Shown piece by piece: positions 8,993 through 14,878 of a stretch of DNA of 32,000 bases; position 1 is the stretch's first letter, and every line of letters starts with the position of its first letter. The position numbers and the translations under genes are program-made. The notes below the pieces were generated by a model. The model was not told the origin of the DNA. It ran no database searches and saw only the letters and a list, made by a program, of their open reading frames with translations. Source of the DNA: Candidatus Methylospira mobilis (lineage in GTDB: Bacteria; Pseudomonadota; Gammaproteobacteria; Methylococcales; Methylococcaceae); contig NZ_CP044205.1 of the NCBI RefSeq assembly GCF_009498235.1, positions 4,597,816 through 4,629,815 of the forward strand, in the 5' to 3' direction.

Positions 8993-10156
8993 TTATTGTA
9001 CGCCATGTTCGAGTAGAACATTAAACGCAACGCAAGGGTCCAGCGTTGCAACCCAGGCTTCTATCCGCCGTTGCAGATGTTCTTCATCACGGGCATCCTG
9101 GCCGGTCAGCGCGGAAGAGAGCAGGCCCAGTGGATGAAAGTTCCATTGCGTCGGCGCGATGATGCGGTAAGCGGCGATCAGTCCGTCACGCACTTCTACG
9201 CGATGCAGCAAACGACCGCGCGATGCCTCGACCTGCACCAGCGCCGTGCCGTTGGCCGCAGGCACCGCGCAGGCGGATAACTTGCTGCATGTGGGAAGCT
9301 GTCGAGGCAGGCTATCGAACAACAGGCGTATTTCCAGTAAACGCGCCAGACTGCGTGCGTATAAACCGTTGCCATGCGTGGTCACGGCTTCCCTGATCAA
9401 TGGATGAACGGCCAGACGCGTGTAGGCATTGGTTTCACAAGGTTTGCCGCGCCAGTGGGGCGCGGCCAGGAACGCCTCGGCGTTTGACCCGCTCAGTACG
9501 GCTTCCAACTCTTCGGTTGCAGTCGATGGCAAGTGCTGGGTGTCGGCCTGACCAAATCCGGCCCACTCCGTTTGTGCGTAATGTTGCATGTAGCGTGCCG
9601 CAACACAAGCCTGGTCGCGTTGCCATTCGCCGACACCGGTAAGCGAAGGGTGGGTCCAGCCGAGAAAATCGCCCAGCATCGCATGCAGGCCAGACGACAA
9701 TGCGCATAACGCCTGTTCATAGGCGGACGCGTCAGGCGCAAGCGTCCCATAGGGAAATTGATAGAGCGCGGAGCTGTCCAGCGCCTTGCCGAATGCCTGC
9801 GCCGCCGCCAACATCGCTTGCGGCAACTCGGGTGTGATCTCTCCCGAAGATAAGTTAAGCAGCAGGTTCAACGCATGCTCCTTGATGATTTCCACGCTGC
9901 CGGCTATGGCGCGAAATTGTCCGACTGCAGGTGGAGCCGGAGCCAGCAACGCCTGCTCGAACGCGTTGACTGCGGCGCGCTGATGCGCATGTCCGCACAG
10001 CGCAAACATCAGCGAGAACAACTGGATGGCCTCCTGCGGCGTTTTTCCGTACGCCAGCTTGTCGACCGTCTGCACGGCGCGTCCGTGCAGTTTGACCCCG
10101 GCGATCCTGCCGTCAGCTATGCCGCAACGAATCGATAGTTCGCTTTTGCGATTCAC
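8993..10156 (-). CDS. hupK: HupK/HoxV-type hydrogenase maturation scaffold (NiFe large-subunit-like)
   Basis: This 387-aa ORF sits at the hupK position between the rubredoxin and hypA. It carries degenerate large-subunit motifs, keeping one Cys of each pair (LCGHAH for RxCGxCxxxH; DPCVAF for DPCxxC). Its GTG start overlaps the hupI stop (GTGA). Confidence 0.7.
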   Translation of the reverse strand: MNRKSELSIRCGIADGRIAGVKLHGRAVQTVDKLAYGKTPQEAIQLFSLMFALCGHAHQRAAVNAFEQALLAPAPPAVGQFRAIAGSVEIIKEHALNLLLNLSSGEITPELPQAMLAAAQAFGKALDSSALYQFPYGTLAPDASAYEQALCALSSGLHAMLGDFLGWTHPSLTGVGEWQRDQACVAARYMQHYAQTEWAGFGQADTQHLPSTATEELEAVLSGSNAEAFLAAPHWRGKPCETNAYTRLAVHPLIREAVTTHGNGLYARSLARLLEIRLLFDSLPRQLPTCSKLSACAVPAANGTALVQVEASRGRLLHRVEVRDGLIAAYRIIAPTQWNFHPLGLLSSALTGQDARDEEHLQRRIEAWVATLDPCVAFNVLLEHGVQ

Positions 10157-10341
10157 TCGCGTTCTGTCGCGTCCGCACAGGCCAGAAACACCTGCCTGGG
10201 GTTATCGCATTGCGGACAGCTCCAATCCGGCGGCAACTGCTCGAATCGGGTTCCGGCGGCAATCTGCGCACTGTCGTCGCCCAGTTCCGGGTCGTAGAGA
10301 TACCAGCAAATCCGGCACTCGTAACAGCCTGAACGGCTCAT
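10153..10341 (-). CDS. hupI: Rubredoxin (HupI-type, hydrogenase-associated)
   Basis: This is a 62-aa protein, MSRSGCYECRICWYLYDPELGD...PPDWSCPQCDNPRQVF, with two CxxC knuckles. The start is taken at the internal ATG 10341, which overlaps the hupH stop (ATGA). The longer 126-aa ORF version is rejected. Confidence 0.85.
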   Translation of the reverse strand: MSRSGCYECRICWYLYDPELGDDSAQIAAGTRFEQLPPDWSCPQCDNPRQVFLACADATERE

Positions 10342-11192
10342 GTTTCGTTTACCGTTTCCAGCTCCGCGCTTATGGACCGCAAACGTTCGAGCGTGTCTTC
10401 CAAGTCTTCGCGCGCGGCGAGGGCGACTTGGGGCATATCGGTGACTTCCAGCGTATTCAGTATTAACTGCTCGCCGGAGTTGAAATACTGCACCCACCAG
10501 ACATGCGGAAAGCGCGTCAGGCTGATACGGCAATCGCCATAGCCGCGCGACAATATCGACAATCCGGCCAGGCCCAGCGTTTCCACCAGAAAAGCGTTGT
10601 CTTCCGGCGACAGCGGCAACAGGGACAGGTTTATGATTTCTTCGCGCCCGGCGGCAAACGCCCCGGACTTTGCGGACAGTTCATGGAGCAGGGCGGGGGC
10701 GTTCATGAGCCCGGTCGGAAAGGTTTGCGGCAATTCAGCTTTCAGATCCTGGGTTTTTGCTGTCGCGAGTATGATGCCGGGGATATCGCCTGTTTCCAGG
10801 TAATCCTGCTGCAACTGCCCTCCCTGTGCGATTTGCACATGCCAGACGCCGGTAAAAACGGCCTCATCGACCATTACACTTTGCCCGGATCGATCTGCCA
10901 GGATGCTGATTTCCCCGGTGCCGAGCAGTTCGCGCGTAAATTTTACCGTTGCGGCATCGTGCGGCGATAGATCGACAGGGGTGCTGCCGACGCCGTTTAA
11001 ACAATTGACCAGCCCTTGTTTCAGCTGTGCCAGGATGTGGCGGCCATCTCCCTCGACGGAAACATCGTATAAGGAAGGCGCGGCAAAGGTATGCATCGCC
11101 TCCGGCATCGCTACATAGCGGCAATCGGGATCGTCGTAAGGGCTGATCGGCTCAGCGCAGTCGGAAGCTATTTCGAGATGTTTATCGAGCAC
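10338..11192 (-). CDS. hupH: Hydrogenase expression/formation protein HupH (HoxQ family)
   Basis: This is a 284-aa ORF with a GTG start. Its C-terminal region (LSILSRGYGDCRISLTRFPHVWWVQYFNSGEQLILNTLEV) matches the HupH C-terminal domain pattern as I remember it. It lies upstream of the rubredoxin, hupK and hypAB. Confidence 0.7.
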   Translation of the reverse strand: MLDKHLEIASDCAEPISPYDDPDCRYVAMPEAMHTFAAPSLYDVSVEGDGRHILAQLKQGLVNCLNGVGSTPVDLSPHDAATVKFTRELLGTGEISILADRSGQSVMVDEAVFTGVWHVQIAQGGQLQQDYLETGDIPGIILATAKTQDLKAELPQTFPTGLMNAPALLHELSAKSGAFAAGREEIINLSLLPLSPEDNAFLVETLGLAGLSILSRGYGDCRISLTRFPHVWWVQYFNSGEQLILNTLEVTDMPQVALAAREDLEDTLERLRSISAELETVNET

Positions 11193-11374
11193 TTGGTTCG
11201 CCCAGTTCGGTTAAATACCAGACATACGAGAATATTGGCGCAGTCCTTCACAACCGCCCGGCCAGTAAAAACACTATAAATGATTAACCGTTGACCTTCC
11301 AGCGATAGTTTTGCCGCAAAGCTGCGAAATCCAATCGGCTTTTGGCGTCCTGACAAAAAATCGGCTCGTCAGCC

Positions 11375-12196
11375 TTAATCGCAGTTCCTTGATTGAACGT
11401 CATTTTCTGTTTTATTCCAAAGTGCAGGCCTGAACATTGACCATACTCCGACCAAGATCGCCGGAACACTGAGCCATTGCCCCATACTCAGCGCCCAGGC
11501 GCTGTCCAGCGTGGACTGATCAGCCTTGAAATATTCCATGACGAAGCGCGCTCCGAACACCAGCGCCAGAAAACGCCCGAACAACAGGCCCGGAGGGCAG
11601 TTCGATGTATGTCGCAGGTAAAAACGTAGCTGCAAGAGAAAAATCAGCAGGTAACACAGCGCTTCGTAGAGTTGCACTGGATGGCGGGGAACCGCATCGA
11701 TGCGCGTGAACACCACGGCCCAAGGCTGATCGCCGGGTTTTCCGAGGATTTCCGAGTTGCAGTAATTGCCCAGACGAATCAGAAAACCGCAAGCCGGCGC
11801 CCAAATGGAAATCCGGTCGCATATCCATAAAAACGGCTGCTCAGGAAAACGCCGTGCATACAGCCAAAGCGAAATCAGCACCCCGACTACGGCGCCGTGA
11901 CTGGCCAGGCCTCCTTCCCATATCGCGAAAATCTTCGCCGGGTGCGCGAAATAGAAATCGGGATTGTAAAACAGCACATGGAACAGTCTGGAGCCGACCA
12001 CAGTGCCGGCGATGATATGGAACAGCAGGTCGTGCACCTGATCGACAGGCTTGTTTTCGCGTTTGAATATCACCATGAAAAACGGCGTGCCCAATGCGAA
12101 AGTTGAAGCAAACAGCAGGCCGTACCAGTACACCGGCACTGTGGTGCTGCCGAAGTGCAGCGCAAACGCGACGGGGTCCGGATTCCAGGTCAGCAT
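11375..12196 (-). CDS. lgt: Prolipoprotein diacylglyceryl transferase (Lgt) homologue, divergent type
   Basis: This is a 273-aa polytopic membrane protein collinear with Lgt. Shared elements are VYWYGLLF, IWEGGLASHGAVVG (E. coli VWDGGMSFHGGLIG), RLGNYCNSEILG (RLGNFINGELWG), PRHPVQLYEA (PRHPSQLYEL), RFVMEYFK (RIIVEFFR) and SMGQWLSVP (SMGQILSIP). It starts 9 nt after the CYP51-Fdx stop. Confidence 0.8.
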   Translation of the reverse strand: MLTWNPDPVAFALHFGSTTVPVYWYGLLFASTFALGTPFFMVIFKRENKPVDQVHDLLFHIIAGTVVGSRLFHVLFYNPDFYFAHPAKIFAIWEGGLASHGAVVGVLISLWLYARRFPEQPFLWICDRISIWAPACGFLIRLGNYCNSEILGKPGDQPWAVVFTRIDAVPRHPVQLYEALCYLLIFLLQLRFYLRHTSNCPPGLLFGRFLALVFGARFVMEYFKADQSTLDSAWALSMGQWLSVPAILVGVWSMFRPALWNKTENDVQSRNCD

Positions 12197-12205
12197 AGGG
12201 TAGTG

Positions 12206-13834
12206 CTAGCCGGTCTGAGTGATGCGGATTGCCTGGGTCGGGCAATATTTTTCCGCCTGCCGCGCTTTTTCCAGCAGCGCGTGATCGGCCTGCGCATCAA
12301 GCAGCGTAACGCGTCCTTCTTCATCGACATGGAAAATTTCCGGCGCTTCCCCCGTGCAGGCGCCGTGACCTTTGCAAAGATCCATATCGATTTCTACCTG
12401 AAAGCCGGCCGCTGCGTGCGGGCAACCTCCGGCAGCCTGGTGGTGTAGACCGGGCGATGCGTTGTCTGAGCTGGCGGTTGACGCGCGGTTATTCCGCTGG
12501 TAGCGGATCAAGCAGGGCGAGCCGGGCTCGACTACCATTTTTTTATAGTCGTCGCGGTAGCTTTCCGCGGGGGCTGACAGTTCGAAGCGGTAGCGCATCA
12601 GTAACACGCTGATGATGGCTTTGATCTGGAACAGCGCAAAGGCATTGCCGGAGCATTTGTGTCTGCCGCCGCCAAATGCCTGCCAGCCGTACAGATTGCG
12701 GTCTTCGCCGCGTTCGGGCGCATACCGGTCGGGGTCGAATTGCTCGGGGTTCGGAAACAGCTCGGCGCTGCGATGTGTTACCGAAGGCGCGGCGCAGACA
12801 AACTGTCCCGCCTTGATCACAAAATTCTTTACGCGAAAATCCTTGACGACTTTGCGCATCAGGATGATCAACGGCGGGTGCAGTCTCAGTACTTCCCTGA
12901 TTACATTTTCCAGGCGCGGCATCTGCCGTAACGATTCGAAGGTGACCGGGTTGCCGTCGCCGAACAACCCTTCCAGTTCCTGTTGCACCGCTTGCAGATG
13001 TTCTGGGTGACGCAGCAGTTCGATCAATACCCAGGCGGTAGTGCCTGAGCTGGTGTGGTGGCCTGCAAATACCGCGGCGATCAGCATGCCGGTGATTTCG
13101 TGCGCGCTGAGTTTGCTGCCGTCGTCGTAGCGCGCGTCGATCAGCGCCTGGAAGACGTTGGTCGACTGTTCCCGGCTGTGCGCGCGTTTTTCCATGATGG
13201 CGGCCACCAGCTCCTGCAGGCGCGCGCGCGCGCGGTCCCTGCGCTTGAATACCGGCAGCGGCAGGTAGGGGAAAACATAGGCTACCGGCTGTATGCCGTG
13301 TTCCAGATCGTGATAGATTTCGGCGAACTGCTCGTTGAGCTCGTGGCGGAATTCCGATCCGAGCAGACAGTGGCTGGAAGTATAGATGGTCAGCAGTTTG
13401 GTGAATTCCAGCAGGTCGAGTTGCCCGCTTTCGCCCCAGTTTTGAATCAGTCCTTCGACTTCGGCAACGATGGTGTCGGAATAGGTGCGCATCGGTTTGT
13501 CGCGCAGCGCCGGCATCAGCATTTGCAATTGCTGGTTTTTACGTTCGATCGGCGCATCGAACACCACGCCTTTTCCGAATATCGGCGTCATGATTTTGTA
13601 GGCCGGCCCTTGATCCAGCACATCGTCAGGAGCTCGGTAAAACGCCTCGCTGGCTTCGGCGCCTGTCAGCAATACCATGTTCTGATGAAACATTTTGAAT
13701 TCGGCGACATCCCCGAGCCGGGCGCGCAGTCGCATCATGAAGTCATGGGGGTTCTTGCCGAAGTCGAGTATATGTCCGAGCAGCGGCAGCGAGCCGCTCA
13801 GTTTGGGCGGTGTCAGGGCGTCTTGATTATTCAT
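12206..13834 (-). CDS. cyp51: Sterol 14-alpha-demethylase CYP51 fused to a C-terminal 3Fe-4S-type ferredoxin
   Basis: This is a 542-aa ORF. It has the CYP51 B'-helix signature YKIMTPIFGKGVVFDA, the I-helix AGHHTSS and the heme loop FGGGRHKCSGNAFA. A Ser/Ala-rich linker (NNRASTASSDNASPG...AAAG) follows. The last ~64 aa form a ferredoxin (VEIDMDLCKGHGACTGEAPEIF...AEKYCPTQAIRI). Confidence 0.93.
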   Translation of the reverse strand: MNNQDALTPPKLSGSLPLLGHILDFGKNPHDFMMRLRARLGDVAEFKMFHQNMVLLTGAEASEAFYRAPDDVLDQGPAYKIMTPIFGKGVVFDAPIERKNQQLQMLMPALRDKPMRTYSDTIVAEVEGLIQNWGESGQLDLLEFTKLLTIYTSSHCLLGSEFRHELNEQFAEIYHDLEHGIQPVAYVFPYLPLPVFKRRDRARARLQELVAAIMEKRAHSREQSTNVFQALIDARYDDGSKLSAHEITGMLIAAVFAGHHTSSGTTAWVLIELLRHPEHLQAVQQELEGLFGDGNPVTFESLRQMPRLENVIREVLRLHPPLIILMRKVVKDFRVKNFVIKAGQFVCAAPSVTHRSAELFPNPEQFDPDRYAPERGEDRNLYGWQAFGGGRHKCSGNAFALFQIKAIISVLLMRYRFELSAPAESYRDDYKKMVVEPGSPCLIRYQRNNRASTASSDNASPGLHHQAAGGCPHAAAGFQVEIDMDLCKGHGACTGEAPEIFHVDEEGRVTLLDAQADHALLEKARQAEKYCPTQAIRITQTG

Positions 13835-13919
13835 GAGTGTCCAACGAATCCGTTATGGGATGATCCGGTGATGATAAAGTATTGCTATGATATTTATTAG
13901 ATGCGCCGCACATGAGAAC

Positions 13920-13988
13920 ATCTTTTTTATCGTTATTTATCTTTTTTATCTTTTAATCAACGCAAATTTATCTTTTAATCAACGCAAA
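13920..13988. repeat. AT-rich direct-repeat array in the cyp51 / NTF2-like divergent intergenic region
   Basis: 'tttatcttttaatcaacgcaaa' is perfectly and tandemly duplicated at 13945-13966 and 13967-13988. 'atcttttttatc' occurs at 13920-13931 and 13939-13950. The core ATCTTTT therefore appears four times. Confidence 0.9.
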
Positions 13989-14000
13989 GGAAAAATCAAC

Positions 14001-14603
14001 GTGCCTGCTTACCCTCGTGAAGAACTGGAAGAAATGGTGGCGCGCTGGCTGCAGGCCAACCGCGTGGCGGAAAACCAAGGCGACTGGATTAAAAGTCTGG
14101 GCGCTATGTACACGGAAGACGCTGAATATGGCTGGAACATGGGACCTAACCGCGAGTTTCTGGCGCGCGGGCGGCGTGAAATCGAAGAATGGGCTTTGGG
14201 CGCTCACATGGAAGGGTTCGAAAAATGGCGTTACCCTTACGACAAGATTATCATTGATGATAAACAAGGTGAAATAATCGGCATCTGGCGTCAGGTAGCG
14301 CCGGTGCTGCGCCCGGATGGCAGCGAATACGAAGTAGCCGGTCTGGGCGGTTCGTGGTTCCGCTATGGCGGTAACTTTCAATGGAGCTGGCAGCGCGATT
14401 TTTTCGATTTGGGCAATGCGAAGGCTATGTTCATGGATCTGGCGGCCGATGGCCGGCTTGAACCTTCGGTCAAGCGGCGTCTGGGTAAGCTGGCGCGCGG
14501 ACAGGCGCTTCCCGGCGTATATGCGTTGCATGCATCGCCGGGTGTTCTGCATGGCGCGAAAGCGCTCTTTACCATGGCGCGGATTGCCTTACTGGGAAAA
14601 TAA
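14001..14603 (+). CDS. Uncharacterised NTF2/SnoaL-like fold protein (200 aa)
   Basis: The start is GTG 14001, with AAGGA 10 nt upstream. The longer 238-aa ORF N-terminus reads through the AT-rich repeats and looks non-coding. The sequence pattern (N-terminal helix EELEEMVARWLQANRVAENQGDW, ...YTEDAEYGW..., a beta-rich half IIGIWRQVAP...YEVAGLGGSWFRYGGNFQWSWQRDFFD) resembles SnoaL/NTF2-family proteins. The fold call is by eye. Confidence 0.55.
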   Translation: MPAYPREELEEMVARWLQANRVAENQGDWIKSLGAMYTEDAEYGWNMGPNREFLARGRREIEEWALGAHMEGFEKWRYPYDKIIIDDKQGEIIGIWRQVAPVLRPDGSEYEVAGLGGSWFRYGGNFQWSWQRDFFDLGNAKAMFMDLAADGRLEPSVKRRLGKLARGQALPGVYALHASPGVLHGAKALFTMARIALLGK

Positions 14604-14708
14604 GCTTTGGTAGTTTTGTTTATGTATTTGTATTTTAGTACAGTAATGGTAATAGGCAGTCCGCCGATAATTATTTGTAGACGCAAGTATTGTTTTGTCG
14701 CAGAATAT

Positions 14709-14741
14709 CCACAAAGTGTGGAAAGTATACCAGTAGTGTGG
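14709..14741. promoter_or_regulatory. Short inverted repeat plus direct repeat upstream of the cyclase gene (possible operator)
   Basis: 'ccaca-aag-tgtgg' lies at 14709-14721. 'agtgtgg' recurs at 14715-14721 and 14735-14741, a 20-nt period. The element lies inside a 275-bp non-coding gap. Confidence 0.2.
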
Positions 14742-14878
14742 CGGGTCAGATTAAAGCCTATGAGTTAGTCAGGCAATTTCGCGCACAGGAATACGGGCTG
14801 TACACTCCGTGGTGAGATTTTCGGCCGATGTGGATGCAGTCTTGTCACGCTTGAAAGAATCCGGAAATATTTGGTCAC

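Noticed and set aside
10342-10533. N-terminal 64 codons of the 126-aa ORF containing the rubredoxin
   Set aside because: This part lies entirely inside the hupH coding frame and is Arg-rich nonsense. The internal ATG at 10341 forms an ATGA stop/start overlap and yields a normal-size rubredoxin.
11249-11264. Sigma-54-like element TGGCCGGGCGGTTGTG on the minus strand upstream of hupH
   Set aside because: The spacing fits GG-N10-GC, but the -12 element reads GT rather than the conserved GC, and no enhancer-binding protein or upstream activator sites are evident. It is too weak to call from sequence alone.
11341-11374. Possible terminator after lgt (ggct-gacg-agcc followed by gatttttt on the minus strand)
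   Set aside because: The stem is only 4-5 bp. It is not convincing as an intrinsic terminator.
13055-13900. 281-aa plus-strand ORF
   Set aside because: It is antisense to CYP51-Fdx, which has unambiguous P450 signatures.
13887-14000. Upstream 38 codons of the 238-aa ORF (MIFIRCAAHENIFFIVIYLFYLLINANLSFNQRKGKIN)
   Set aside because: It translates the AT-rich tandem-repeat region. The sequence is Ile/Phe/Leu/Asn-rich and looks like neither a signal peptide nor part of the NTF2-like domain. GTG 14001 with an AAGGA upstream is the preferred start.
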